From the NCBI GenBank assembly GCA_964016885.1, contig OZ024753.1, forward strand, positions 24,428,001 to 24,492,000: a stretch of DNA of 64,000 nt, written 5' to 3'. Shown here piece after piece: positions 30,600 to 47,300 of the stretch; the stretch's first letter is position 1; each line of letters starts with the position of its first letter. The position numbers and the translations under genes were made by a program. The DNA is from Eledone cirrhosa (lineage: Eukaryota). The notes under the pieces are model-generated. The model was not told where the DNA came from and made no database searches. It saw only the letters and a list, made by a program, of their open reading frames with translations.

Positions 30600-33500
30600 T
30601 CATACCGTATGTAACAGACAGAGGGTTAACACTGTATGTAACAGACAGAGGACAACCCTGTATGTAACAGACAGAGGACTAACTGTGTATTTAACAGACA
30701 GAGGAATAACACTGTATGTAACAGACAGAGGACTAACACTGTATGTAACAGACAGAGGACGAACACTGTATGTAACAGACAGACGACTAACACTGTATGT
30801 AACAGACAGAGGACTAACACTGTATGTAACAGACAGCGGACTAACACTGTATGTAACAGACAGAGGACTAACACTGTATGTAACAGACAGAGGGTTAACA
30901 CTGTATGTAACAGACAGAGGGTTAACTCTGTATGTAACAGACAGAGGACTAACACGGCATGTAACAGACAGAGGACTAACACTGTATGTAACAGACAGAG
31001 GGTTAACTCTGTATGTAACAGACAGAGGACTAACACGGCATGTAACAGACAGAGGACTAACACTGTATGTAACAGACAGAGGACTAACACTGTATGCAAC
31101 AGACAGAGGACGAACACTGTATGTAACAGACAGAGGAATAACACTGTATGTAACAGACAGAGGGTTAACACTGTATGTAACAGACAGAGGACTAACACTG
31201 TATGTAACAGACAGAGGACTAACACTGTATGTAACATACAGAGGACTAACACTGTATGTAACAGACAGAGGGTTAACACTGTTTGTAACAGACAGAGGAC
31301 TAACCCTGCATGTAACAGACAGAGGACTAACACGGCATGTAACAGACAGAGGACTAACACTGTATGTAACAGACAGAGGACTAACACTGTATGTAACAGA
31401 AAGAGGGTTAACACTGTATGTAACAGACAGAGGACTAACCCTGTATCTAACAGACAGAGGACTAACACGATATGTAACAGACAGAGGACTAACACTGTAT
31501 GTAACAGACAGCGGACTAACACTGTATGTAACAGACAGAGGACTAACACTGTATGTAACAGACAGAGGTCTAACTCTATATGTGACAGACAGAGGACTAA
31601 CACGATATGTAACAGACAGAGGACTAACACTGTATGTAACAGACAGAGGACTAACCCTGTATGTAACAGACAGAGGACTAACACGATATGTAACAGACAG
31701 AGGACTAATACTGTATGTAACAGACAGAGGACTAACACTGTATGTAACAGACAGAGGACTAACACTGTATGTAACAGACAGAGGACTAACCCTGTATGTA
31801 ACAGACGGAGGACTAACACTGTATGTAACTGACCGAGGGTTAACACTGTATGTAACAGACAGAAGACTAACACTGTATGTAATAGACAGAGGAGTAACAC
31901 TGTATGTAACAGACAGAGGATAAACACTGTATGTAACAGACAGAGGACTAACACTGTATGTAACAGACAGAGGACTAACACTGTATGTAACAGACAGAGG
32001 ACTAACACTGTATGCAACAGACAGAGGACGAACACTGTATGTAACAGACAGAGGAATAACACTGTATGTAACAGACAGAGGGTTAACACTGTATGTAACA
32101 GACAGAGGATTAACACTGTATGTAACAGACAGAGGACTAACACTGTATGTAACATACAGAGGACTAACACTGTATGTAACAGACAGAGGGTTAACACTGT
32201 ATGTAACAGACAGAGGGTTAACTCTGTATGTAACAGACAGAGGACTAACACGGCATGTAACAGACAGAGGACTAACACTGTATGTAACAGACAGAGGGTT
32301 AACTCTGTATGTAACAGACAGAGGACTAACACGGCATGTAACAGACAGAGGACTAACACTGTATGTAACAGACAGAGGACTAACACTGTATGCAACAGAC
32401 AGAGGACGAACACTGTATGTAACAGACAGAGGAATAACACTGTATGTAACAGACAGAGGGTTAACACTGTATGTAACAGACAGAGGACTAACACTGTATG
32501 TAACAGACAGAGGACTAACACTGTATGTAACATACAGAGGACTAACACTGTATGTAACAGACAGAGGGTTAACACTGTTTGTAACAGACAGAGGACTAAC
32601 CCTGCATGTAACAGACAGAGGACTAACACGGCATGTAACAGACAGAGGACTAACACTGTATGTAACAGACAGAGGACTAACACTGTATGTAACAGAAAGA
32701 GGGTTAACACTGTATGTAACAGACAGAGGACTAACCCTGTATCTAACAGACAGAGGACTAACACGATATGTAACAGACAGAGGACTAACACTGTATGTAA
32801 CAGACAGCGGACTAACACTGTATGTAACAGACAGAGGACTAACACTGTATGTAACAGACAGAGGTCTAACTCTATATGTGACAGACAGAGGACTAACACG
32901 ATATGTAACAGACAGAGGACTAACACTGTATGTAACAGACAGAGGACTAACCCTGTATGTAACAGACAGAGGACTAACACGATATGTAACAGACAGAGGA
33001 CTAATACTGTATGTAACAGACAGAGGACTAACACTGTATGTAACAGACAGAGGACTAACCCTGTATGTAACAGACGGAGGACTAACACTGTATGTAACTG
33101 ACCGAGGGTTAACACTGTATGTAACAGACAGAAGACTAACACTGTATGTAATAGACAGAGGAGTAACACTGTATGTAACAGACAGAGGATAAACACTGTA
33201 TGTAACAGACAGAGGACTAACACTGTATGTAACAGACAGAGGACTAACACTGTATGTAACAGACAGAGTACTAACACTGTATGTAACAGACAGAGGACTA
33301 ACACTGTATGTAACAGACAGAGGATAAACACTGTATGTAACAGACAGAAGACTAACACTGTATGTAATAGACAGAGGAGTAACACTGTATGTAACAGACA
33401 GCGGACTAACACTGTATGTAACAGACAGAGGACTAACACTGTATGTAACAGACAGAGGACTAACACTGTATGAAAAAGACAGAGGACTAACACTGTATGT

Positions 33501-36500
33501 AACAGACAGAGGATAAATACTGTATGTAGCAGGCAGAGGAGTAACACTGTATGTAACATACAGAGGACTAACACTGTATGTAACAGACAGAGGGATAACA
33601 CTGTATGTAACAGACAGAGGACTAACACTGTATGTAACAGACAGAGGACTAACACTGTATGTAACAGACAGAGGACTAACACTGTATGTAACAGACAGAG
33701 GGTTAATACTGTATGTAACAGACACAGGACTAACACTGTATGTAACAGACAGAGGACTGACACTGTATGTAACAGACAGAGGACTAACACTGTATGTAAC
33801 AGACAGAGGACTAACACTGTATGTAACAGACAGCGGACTAACACTGTATGTAACAGACAGAGGACTAACACTGTATGTAACAGACAGAGGACTAACACTG
33901 TATGTAACAGACAGAGGACTAACACTGTATGTAACAGACAGAGGACTAACACTGTATGCAACAGACAGAGGACGAACACTGTATGCAACAGACAGAGGAC
34001 TAATACTGTATGTAACAGACAGAGGACTAACACTGTATGTAACAGACAGAGGACTGACACTGTATGTCACAGACAGAGGACTAACAGTGTATGTAACAGA
34101 CAGAGGACTAACACTGTATGTAACAGACAGAGAACTCATACCGTATGTAACAGACAGAGGGTTAACACTGTATGTAACAGACAGAGGACAACCCTGTATG
34201 TAACAGACAGAGGACTAACTGTGTATTTAACAGACAGAGGAATAACACTGTATGTAACAGACAGAGGACTAACACTGTATGTAACAGACAGAGGACGAAC
34301 ACTGTATGTAACAGACAGACGACTAACACTGTATGTAACAGACAGAGGACTAACACTGTATGTAACAGACAGCGGACTAACACTGTATGTAACAGACAGA
34401 GGACTAACACTGTATGTAACAGACAGCGGACTAACACTGTATGTAACAGACAGAGGACTAACACTGTATGTAACAGACAGAGGGTTAACACTGTATGTAA
34501 CAGACAGAGGGTTAACTCTGTATGTAACAGACAGAGGACTAACACGGCATGTAACAGACAGAGGACTAACACTGTATGTAACAGACAGAGGGTTAACTCT
34601 GTATGTAACAGACAGAGGACTAACACGGCATGTAACAGACAGAGGACTAACACTGTATGTAACAGACAGAGGACTAACACTGTATGCAACAGACAGAGGA
34701 CGAACACTGTATGTAACAGACAGAGGAATAACACTGTATGTAACAGACAGAGGGTTAACACTGTATGTAACAGACAGAGGACTAACACTGTATGTAACAG
34801 ACAGAGGACTAACACTGTATGTAACATACAGAGGACTAACACTGTATGTAACAGACAGAGGGTTAACACTGTTTGTAACAGACAGAGGACTAACCCTGCA
34901 TGTAACAGACAGAGGACTAACACGGCATGTAACAGACAGAGGACTAACACTGTATGTAACAGACAGAGGACTAACACTGTATGTAACAGAAAGAGGGTTA
35001 ACACTGTATGTAACAGACAGAGGACTAACCCTGTATCTAACAGACAGAGGACTAACACGATATGTAACAGACAGAGGACTAACACTGTATGTAACAGACA
35101 GCGGACTAACACTGTATGTAACAGACAGAGGACTAACACTGTATGTAACAGACAGAGGTCTAACTCTATATGTGACAGACAGAGGACTAACACGATATGT
35201 AACAGACAGAGGACTAACACTGTATGTAACAGACAGAGGACTAACCCTGTATGTAACAGACAGAGGACTAACACGATATGTAACAGACAGAGGACTAATA
35301 CTGTATGTAACAGACAGAGGACTAACACTGTATGTAACAGACAGAGGACTAACACTGTATGTAACAGACAGAGGACTAACCCTGTATGTAACAGACGGAG
35401 GACTAACACTGTATGTAACTGACCGAGGGTTAACACTGTATGTAACAGACAGAAGACTAACACTGTATGTAATAGACAGAGGAGTAACACTGTATGTAAC
35501 AGACAGAGGATAAACACTGTATGTAACAGACAGAGGACTAACACTGTATGTAACAGACAGAGGACTAACACTGTATGTAACAGACAGAGGACTAACACTG
35601 TATGCAACAGACAGAGGACGAACACTGTATGTAACAGACAGAGGAATAACACTGTATGTAACAGACAGAGGGTTAACACTGTATGTAACAGACAGAGGAT
35701 TAACACTGTATGTAACAGACAGAGGACTAACACTGTATGTAACATACAGAGGACTAACACTGTATGTAACAGACAGAGGGTTAACACTGTATGTAACAGA
35801 CAGAGGGTTAACTCTGTATGTAACAGACAGAGGACTAACACGGCATGTAACAGACAGAGGACTAACACTGTATGTAACAGACAGAGGGTTAACTCTGTAT
35901 GTAACAGACAGAGGACTAACACGGCATGTAACAGACAGAGGACTAACACTGTATGTAACAGACAGAGGACTAACACTGTATGCAACAGACAGAGGACGAA
36001 CACTGTATGTAACAGACAGAGGAATAACACTGTATGTAACAGACAGAGGGTTAACACTGTATGTAACAGACAGAGGACTAACACTGTATGTAACAGACAG
36101 AGGACTAACACTGTATGTAACATACAGAGGACTAACACTGTATGTAACAGACAGAGGGTTAACACTGTTTGTAACAGACAGAGGACTAACCCTGCATGTA
36201 ACAGACAGAGGACTAACACGGCATGTAACAGACAGAGGACTAACACTGTATGTAACAGACAGAGGACTAACACTGTATGTAACAGAAAGAGGGTTAACAC
36301 TGTATGTAACAGACAGAGGACTAACCCTGTATCTAACAGACAGAGGACTAACACGATATGTAACAGACAGAGGACTAACACTGTATGTAACAGACAGCGG
36401 ACTAACACTGTATGTAACAGACAGAGGACTAACACTGTATGTAACAGACAGAGGTCTAACTCTATATGTGACAGACAGAGGACTAACACGATATGTAACA

Positions 36501-37725
36501 GACAGAGGACTAACACTGTATGTAACAGACAGAGGACTAACCCTGTATGTAACAGACAGAGGACTAACACGATATGTAACAGACAGAGGACTAATACTGT
36601 ATGTAACAGACAGAGGACTAACACTGTATGTAACAGACAGAGGACTAACCCTGTATGTAACAGACGGAGGACTAACACTGTATGTAACTGACCGAGGGTT
36701 AACACTGTATGTAACAGACAGAAGACTAACACTGTATGTAATAGACAGAGGAGTAACACTGTATGTAACAGACAGAGGATAAACACTGTATGTAACAGAC
36801 AGAGGACTAACACTGTATGTAACAGACAGAGGACTAACACTGTATGTAACAGACAGAGTACTAACACTGTATGTAACAGACAGAGGACTAACACTGTATG
36901 TAACAGACAGAGGATAAACACTGTATGTAACAGACAGAAGACTAACACTGTATGTAATAGACAGAGGAGTAACACTGTATGTAACAGACAGCGGACTAAC
37001 ACTGTATGTAACAGACAGAGGACTAACACTGTATGTAACAGACAGAGGACTAACACTGTATGAAAAAGACAGAGGACTAACACTGTATGTAACAGACAGA
37101 GGATAAATACTGTATGTAGCAGGCAGAGGAGTAACACTGTATGTAACATACAGAGGACTAACACTGTATGTAACAGACAGAGGGATAACACTGTATGTAA
37201 CAGACAGAGGACTAACACTGTATGTAACAGACAGAGGACTAACACTGTATGTAACAGACAGAGGACTAACACTGTATGTAACAGACAGAGGGTTAATACT
37301 GTATGTAACAGACACAGGACTAACACTGTATGTAACAGACAGAGGACTGACACTGTATGTAACAGACAGAGGACTAACACTGTATGTAACAGACAGAGGA
37401 CTAACACTGTATGTAACAGACAGCGGACTAACACTGTATGTAACAGACAGAGGACTAACACTGTATGTAACAGACAGAGGACTAACACTGTATGTAACAG
37501 ACAGAGGACTAACACTGTATGTAACAGACAGAGGACTAACACTGTATGCAACAGACAGAGGACGAACACTGTATGCAACAGACAGAGGACTAATACTGTA
37601 TGTAACAGACAGAGGACTAACACTGTATGTAACAGACAGAGGACTGACACTGTATGTCACAGACAGAGGACTAACAGTGTATGTAACAGACAGAGGACTA
37701 ACACTGTATGTAACAGACAGAGAAC
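30600..37725 (+). repeat. Higher-order tandem repeat of ~3.5 kb: two near-identical copies (3536 and 3590 bp), with a more diverged related block from 37726
   Basis: The deletion marker GGACAACCCTG recurs at ~30650, ~34186 and ~37776. ORFs 30600-34139 and 34136-37729 are identical apart from two extra monomers. Confidence 0.9.
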
Positions 37726-40700
37726 TCATACCGTATGTAACAGACAGAGGGTTAACACTGTATGTAACAGACAGAGGACAACCCTGTATGTAACAGACAG
37801 AGGACTAACTGTGTATTTAACAGACAGAGGAATAACACTGTATGTAACAGACAGAGGACTAACACTGTATGTAACAGACAGAGGACGAACACTGTATGTA
37901 ACAGACAGACGACTAACACTGTATGTAACAGACAGAGGACTAACACTGTATGTAACAGACAGCGGACTAACACTGTATGTAACAGACAGAGGACTGACAC
38001 TGTATGTAACAGACAGAGGACTAACACTGTATGTAACAGACAGAGGGTTAACACTGTATGTAACAGACAGAGGGTTAACTCTGTATGTAACAGACAGAGG
38101 ACTAACACGGCATGTAACAGACAGAGGACTAACACTGTATGTAACAGACAGAGGCTTAACTCTGTATGTAACAGACAGAGGACTAACACGGCATGTAACA
38201 GACAGAGGACTAACACTGTATGTAACAGACAGAGGACTAACACTGTATGCAACAGACAGAGGACGAACACTGTATGTAACAGACAGAGGACTAACACTGT
38301 ATGTAACAGACAGAGGGTTAACACTGTATGTAACAGACAGAGGACTAACAATGTATGTAAAAGACAGAGGACTAACACTGTATGTAACACACAGAGGACT
38401 AACACTGTATGTAACAGACAGAGGGTTAACACTGTTTGTAACAGACAGAGGACTAATCCTGCATGTAACAGACAGAGGACTAACACAGCATGTGACAGAC
38501 AGAGGACTAATACTGTATGTAACAGACAGAGGACTAACACTGTATGTAACAGACAGAGGACTAACATTGTATGTAACAGACAGTGGACTAACACGATATG
38601 TAACAGACAGAGGACTAACACTGTATGTAAGAGACAGAGGACTAACGTTGTATATAAAAGACAGAGGACTAACACGATATGTAACAGACAGAGGACTAAC
38701 ACTGTATGTAACAGACAGAGGACTAACACTGTATGTAACAGACAGAGGACTAACACTGTATGTAACAGACAGAGGGTTAACAATATATGTAACAGACAGA
38801 GGACTAACCCTGTATGTAACAGACAGAGGACTAACTGTGTGTGTAACAGACAGAGGACTACCACTGTATGGAACACACAGAGGACTAACACTGTATGTAA
38901 CAGACAGAGGACTAACACTGTATGTAACAGAAAGAGGGTTAACACTGTATGTAACAGACAGAGGACTAACCCTGTATGTAACAGACAGAGGACTAACACG
39001 ATATGTAACAGACAGAGGACTAACACTGTATGTAACAGACAGCGGACTAACACTGTATGTAACAGACAGAGGACTAACACTGTATGTAACAGACAGAGGT
39101 CTAACACTGTATGTAACAGACAGAGGACGGACACTGTATGCAACAGACAGAGGACTAACACTGTATGTAACAGACAGAGGACTAACACTGTATGTAACAG
39201 ACAGAGGACTAACACTGAATGTAACAGACGGAGGACTAACACTGTATGTAACAGACAGACGACTAACACTGTATGTAATAGACAGAGGAGTAACACTGTA
39301 TGTAACAGACAGAGGATAAACACTGTATGTAACAGACAGAGGATAAACACTGTATGTAACAGACAGAGGACTAACACTGTATGTAAAAGACAGAGGACTA
39401 ACACTGTATGTAACAGACAGAGGATAAACACTGTATGTAGCAGGCAGAGGAGTAACACTGTATGTAACATACAGAGGACTAACACTGTATGTAACAGACA
39501 GAGGGATAACACTGTATGTAACAGACAGAGGACTAACACTGTATGTAACAGACAGAGGGCTAACACTGTATGTAACAGACAGAGGACTAACACTGTATGT
39601 AACAGTCAGAGGGCTAACACTATGTAACAGGCAGAGGACTAACACTGTATGTAACAGACAGAGGACTAACACTGTATGTAACATACAGAGGACTAACACT
39701 GTATGTAACAGACAGAGGGATAACACTGTATGTAACAGACAGAGGACTAACACTGTATGTAACAGACAGAGGACTAACACTGTATGTAACAGACAGAGGA
39801 CTAACACTGTATGTAACAGACAGAGGTTAATACTGTATGTAACAGACACAGGACTAACCCTGTATGTAACAGAGAGAGGACTAACTGTGAATGTAACAGA
39901 CAGAGGACTAACACTGTATGTAACAGACAGAGGACTGACACTGTATGTAACAGACAGAGGACTAACACTGTATGTAACAGACAGAGGACTAACACTGTAT
40001 GTAACAGACAGAGGACTAATACTGTATGTAACAGACAGAGGACTAACACTGTATGTAACAGACAGAGGACTAACACTGTATGTAACAGACAGAGGACTGA
40101 CACTGTATGTCACAGACAGAGGACTAACAGTGTATGTAACAGACAGAGGACTAACACTGTATGTAACAGACAGAGAACTCATACCGTATGTAACAGACAG
40201 AGGGTTAACACTGTATGTAACAGACAGAGGACTAACCCTGTATGTAACAGACAGAGGACTAACTGTGTATGTAACAGACAGAGGAATAACACTGTATGTA
40301 ACATACAGAGGACTGACACTGTATGTAACAGACAGAGGACTAAAACTGTATGTAACAGACAGCGAACTAACACTGTATGTAACAGACAGAGGACTAACAC
40401 TGTATGTAACAGACAGAGGACTAACACTGTATGTAACAGACAGAGGACGAACACTGTATGCAACAGACAGAGGACTAACACTGTATGTAACAGACAGAGG
40501 ACTAACACTGTATGCAACAGACAGAGGACTAACACTCTATGTAACAGACAGAGGACTAACTCTGTATGTAACAGACAGAGGACTAACACTGTATGCAACA
40601 GACAGAGGACTAACACTGTATGTAACAGACAGAGGACGAACACTGTATGTAACAGACAGAGGACTAACACTGTATGTAACAGACAGACGACTAACACTGT

Positions 40701-43700
40701 ATGTAACGGACAGCGGACTAACACTGTATGTAACAGACAGAGGACTAACATTGTATGTAACAGACAGAGGACTAACACTGTATGTAACAGACAGAGGACT
40801 AACAATGTATGCAACAGACAGAGGACAAACACTGTATGTAACAGACAGAGGACTAATACTGTATGTAACAGACAGAGGACTAATAATGTATGTAACAGAC
40901 AGAGGGCTAACACTGTATGTAACAGACAGAGGACTAACACTGTATGTAACAGACAGCGGACTAACAATGTATGTAACAGACAGAGGACTGACACTGTATG
41001 TAACAGACAGAGGACTAACACTGTATGTAACAGACAGAGGACTAACACTGTATGTAACAGACAGAGGGTTAACACTGTATGTAACAGACAGAGGGTTAAC
41101 TCTGTATGTAACAGACAGAGGACTAACACGGCATGTAACAGACAGAGGACTAACACTGTATGTAACAGACAGAGGGTTAACTCTGTATGTAACAGACAGA
41201 GGACTAACACGGCATGTAACAGACAGAGGACTAACACTGTATGTAACAGACAGAGGACTAACACTGTATGCAACAGACAGAGGACGAACACTGTATGTAA
41301 CAGACAGAGGACTAACACTGTATGTAACAGACAGAGGGTTAACACTGTATGTAACAGACAGAGGACTAACACTGTATGTAACAGACAGAGGGCTAACACT
41401 GTATGTAACAGACAGAGGACTAACATTGTATGTAACAGACAGAGGGCTAACACTGTATGTAACAGACAGAGGGTTAACACTGTATGTAACAGGCAGAGGA
41501 CTAACACTGTATGTAACAGACAGAGCAATGACACTGTATGTCACAGACAGAGGACTAACAGTGTATGTAACAGACAGAGGACTAACACTGTATGTAACAG
41601 ACAGCGGACTCATACTGTATGTAACAGACAGAGGGTTAACACTGTATGTAACAGACAGAGGACTAACCTTGTATGTAGCAGACAGAGGACTAACTGTGTA
41701 TGTAACAGACATAGGACTAACACTGTATGTAACAGACAGAGGACTGATACTGTATGTAACAGACAGAGGACTAACACTGTATGTAATAGACAGAGGACTA
41801 ACACTGTATGTAACAGACAGAGGACTAACACTGTATGTAACAGACAGAGGACTAACACTGTATGCAACAGACAGAGGACTAACACTGTATGTAACAGACA
41901 GAGGACGAACACTGTATGTAACAGACAGAGGACTAACACTGTATGTAACAGACAGAGGACTAACACTGTATGTAACAGACAGACGACTAACACTGTATGT
42001 AACAGACAGAGGACTAACACTGTATGTAACAGACAGCGGACTAACAATGTATGTAACAGACAGAGGACTGACACTGTATGTAACAGACAGAGGACTAACA
42101 CTGTATGTAACAGACAGAGGACTAACACTGTATGTAACAGACAGAGGGTTAACACTGTATGTAACAGACAGAGGGTTTACTCTGTATGTATCAGACAGAG
42201 GACTAACACGGCATGTAACAGACAGAGGACTAACACTGTATGTAACAGACAGAGGGTTAACTCTGTATGTAACAGACAGAGGACTAACACTGTATGTAAC
42301 AGACAGAGGGTTAACACTGTATGTAACAGACAGAGGGTTTACTCTGTATGTAACAGACAGAGGATTAACACGGCATGTAACAGACAGAGGACTAACACTG
42401 TATGTAACAGACAGAGGGTTAACTCTGTATGTAACAGACAGAGGACTAACACGGCATGTAACAGACAGAGGACTAACACTGTATGTAACAGACAGAGGAC
42501 GAACACTGTATGTAACAGACAGAGGACTAACACTGTATGTAACAGACAGAGGGTTAACATTGTATGTAACAGACAGAGGGCTAACACTGTATGTAACAGA
42601 CAGAGGGTTAACACTGTATGTAACAGGCAGAGGACTAACACTGTATGTAACAGACAGAGCAATGACAATGTATGTCACAGACAGAGGACTAACAGTGTAT
42701 GTAACAGACAGAGGACTAACACTGTATGTAACAGACAGCGGACTCATACTGTATGTAACAGACAGAGGGTTAACACTGTATGTAACAGACAGAGGACTAA
42801 CCCTGTATGTAACAGACAGAGGACTAACTGTGTATGTAACAGACAGAGGACTAACACTGTATGTAACAGACAGAGGACTGAGATTGTAGGTAACAGACAG
42901 AGGACTAACACTGTATGTAACAGACAGCGGACTAACACTGTATGTAACAGACAGAGGACTAACACTGTATCTAACAGACAGAGGACTAACACTGTATGTA
43001 ACAGACAGAGGACGAACACTGTATGCAACAGACAGTGGACTAATACTGTATGTAACAGACAGAGGACTAACACTGTATGTAACAGACAGAGGACTAACAC
43101 TGTATGTAACAGACAGACGACTAACACTGTATGTAAAAGACAGCGGACTAACACTGTATGTAACAGACAGAGGACTAACACTGTATGTAACAGACAGAGG
43201 ACTAACACTGTGTGTAACAGACAGAGGACTAACACTTTATGCAACAGAGAGAGGACGAACACTGTATGTAACAGACAGAGGACTAATACTGTATGTAACA
43301 GACAGAGGACTAACACTGTATGTAACAGACAGAGGACTAAAACTGTATGTAACAGACAGCGGACTAACACTGTATGTAACAGACTGAGGACTGACACTGT
43401 ATGTAACAGACAGAGGACTGACATTGTATGTAACAGACAGAGGACTAAAACTGTATGTAACAGACAAAGGATTAACACTGTATGTAACAAACAGAGGACT
43501 AACACTGTGTGCAACAGACAGAGGAGTAACACTGTATGTAACAGACAGAAGATAAACACTGTATATAACAGACAGAGGACTAACACTGTATGTAACAGAC
43601 AGTGGACTAACACTGTATGCAACAGACAGAGGACTAATACTGTATGTAACAGACAGAGGACTAACACTGTATGTAACAGACAGAGGACTAACACTGTATG

Positions 43701-44339
43701 GAACAGACAGCGGACTAACAATGTTTGTAACAGACAGAGGACTGACACTGTATGTCACAGACAGAGGACTAACACTGTATGTAACAGACAGAGAACTCAT
43801 ACTGTATGTAACAGACAGAGGGTTAACACTGTATGTAACAGACAGAGGACTAACCCTGGATGTAACAGACAGAGGACTAACTGTGTATGTAACAGACAGA
43901 GGAATAACACTGTATGTAACATACAGAGGACTGACACTGTATGTAACAGACAGAGGACTAACACTGTATGTAACAGACGGAGGACTAACACTGTATGTAA
44001 CAGACAGAGGATTAACACTGTATGTAACAGACAGAGGACTAACACTGTATGTAACAGACAGAGGACTAACACTGTATGCCACAGACAGAGGACTAACACT
44101 GTATGTAACAGACAGAGGACAAACACTGTATGTAACAGACAGAGGACTAACACTGTATGTAACAGACAGACGACTAACACTGTATGTAACAGACAGCGGA
44201 CTAACACTGTAAGTAACAGACAGAGGACTAACACTGTATGTAACAGACAGAGGACTAACACTGTATGTAACAGACAGAGGACTAACACTGTATGCAACAG
44301 ACAGAGGACGAACCCTGTATGTAACAGACAGAGGACTAA

Positions 44340-47300
44340 CATTGTATGTAACAGACAGAGGTTAACACTGTATGTAACAGACAGAGGACTAACACTGTAT
44401 GTAACAGACAGACGACTAACACTGTATGTAACAGACAGAGGACTAACACTGTATGTAACAGAAAGAGGGTTAACACTGTATGTAACAGACAGAGGACTAA
44501 CCCTGTATGTAACAGACAGAGGACTAACACGATATGTAACAGACAGAGGACTAACACTGTATGTAACAGACAGCGGACTAACACTGTATGTAACAGACAG
44601 AGGACTAACACTGTATGTAACAGACAGAGGTCTAACTCTATATGTAACAGACAGAGGACTAACACGATATGTAACAGACAGAGGACTAACACTGTATGTA
44701 ACAGACAGAGAACTAACACTATATGTAACAGACGGAGGACTAACACTGTATGTAACAGACAGAGGACTAACCCTGTATGTAACAGACGGAGGATTAACAC
44801 TGTATGTAACTGACCGAGGGTTAACACTGTATGTAACAGACAGAAGACTAACACTGTATGTAATAGACAGAGGAGTAACACTGTATGTAACAGACAGAGG
44901 ATAAACACTGTATGTAACAGACAGAGGACTAACACTGTATGTAACAGACAGAGGACTAACACTGTATGTAACAGACAGAGTACTAACACTGTATGTAACA
45001 GACAGAGGACTAACACTGTATATAACAGACAGAGGATAAACACTGTATGTAACAGACAGAGGAGTAACACTGCATGTAACAGACAGAGGATAAACACTGT
45101 ATGTAACAGTCAGAGGACTAACACTGTATGTAACACACAGTGGACCAACACTGTATGCAACAGACAGAGGACTAATACTGTATGTAACAGACAGAGGACT
45201 AACACTGTATGTAACAGACAGAGGACTAACACTGTATGTAACAGACAGAGGACTAACACTGTATGTAACAGACAGAGGACTAACACTGTATGTAATAGAC
45301 AGAGGAGTAAAACTGTATGTAACAGACAGAGGATAAACACTGTATGTAACAGACAGAGGACTAACACTGTATTTAACAGACAGTGGACAAACACTGTATG
45401 CAACAGACAGAGGACTAATACTGTATGTAACAGACAGAGGACTAACACTGTATGTAACATACAGAGGACTAACACTGTATGTAACAGACAGAGGGATAAC
45501 ACTGTATGTAACAGACAGAGGACTAACACTGTATGTAACAGACAGAGGACTAACACTGTATGTAACAGACAGAGGACTAACACTGTATGTAACAGACAGA
45601 GGTTAATACTGTATGTAACAGACACAGGACTAACCCTGTATGTAACAGAGAGAGGACTAACTGTGTATGTAACAGACAGAGGACTAACACTGTATGTAAC
45701 AGACAGAGGACTGACACTGTATGTAACAGACAGAGGACTAACACTGTATGTAACAGACAGAGGACTAACACTGTATGTAACAGACAGCTGACTAACACTG
45801 TATGTAACAGACAGAGGACTAACACTGTATGTAACAGACAGAGGACTAACACTGTATGTAACAGACAGAGGACTAACACTGTATGTAACAGACAGAGGAC
45901 TAACACTGTATGCAACAGACAGAGGACGAACACTGTATGCAACAGACAGAGGACTAATACTGTATGTAACAGACAGAGAACTAACACTGTATGTAACAGA
46001 CAGAGGACTAACACTGTATGTAACAGACAGAGGACTGACACTGTATGTCACAGACAGAGGACTAACAGTGTATGTAACAGACAGAGGACTAACACTGTAT
46101 GTAACAGACAGAGAACTCATACCGTATGTAACAGACAGAGGGTTAACACTGTATGTAACAGACAGAGGACTAACCCTGTATGTAACAGACAGAGGACTAA
46201 CTGTGTATGTAACAGACAGAGGAATAACACTGTATGTAACATACAGAGGACTGACATTGTATGTAACAGACAGAGGACTAAAACTGTATGTAACAGACAG
46301 CGGACTAACACTGTATGTAACAGACAGAGGACTAACACCGTATGTAACAGACAGAGGACTAACACTGTATGTAACAGACAGAGGACGAACACTGTATGCA
46401 ACAGACAGAGGACTAACACTGTATGTAACAGACAGAGGACTAACACTGTATGCAACAGACAGAGGACTAACACTCTATGTAACAGACAGAGGACTAACAC
46501 TGTATGTAACAGACAGAGGACTAACACTGTATGCAACAGACAGAGGACTAACACTGTATGTAACAGACAGAGGACGAACACTGTATGTAACAGACAGAGG
46601 ACTAACACTGTATGTAACAGACAGAGGACTAACACTGTATGTAACAGACAGACGACTAACACTGTATGTAACAGACAGAGGACTAACACTGTATGCAACA
46701 GACAGAGGACGAACACTGTATGCAACAGACAGAGGACTAATACTGTATGTAACAGACAGCGGACTAACACTGTATGTAACAGACAGAGGGCTAACACTGT
46801 ATGTAACAGACAGAGGACTAACACTGTATGTAACAGACAGCGGACTAACAATGTATGTAACAGACAGAGGACTGACACTGTATGTAACAGACAGAGCACT
46901 AACACTGTATGTAACATACAGAGGACTGACATTGTATGTAACAGACAGAGGACTAAAACTGTATGTAACAGACAGCGGACTAACACTGTATGTAACAGAC
47001 AGAGGACTAACACTGTATGTTACAGACAGAGGACTAACACTGTATGTAACAGACAGAGGACGAACACTGTATGCAACAGACAGAGGACTAACACTGTATG
47101 TAACAGACAGAGGACTAACACTGTATGCAACAGACAGAGGACTAACACTCTATGTAACAGACAGAGGACTAACACTGTATGTAACAGACAGAGGACTAAC
47201 ACTGTATGCAACAGACAGAGGACTAACACTGTATGTAACAGACAGAGGACGAACACTGTATGTAACAGACAGAGGACTAACACTGTATGTAACAGACAGA

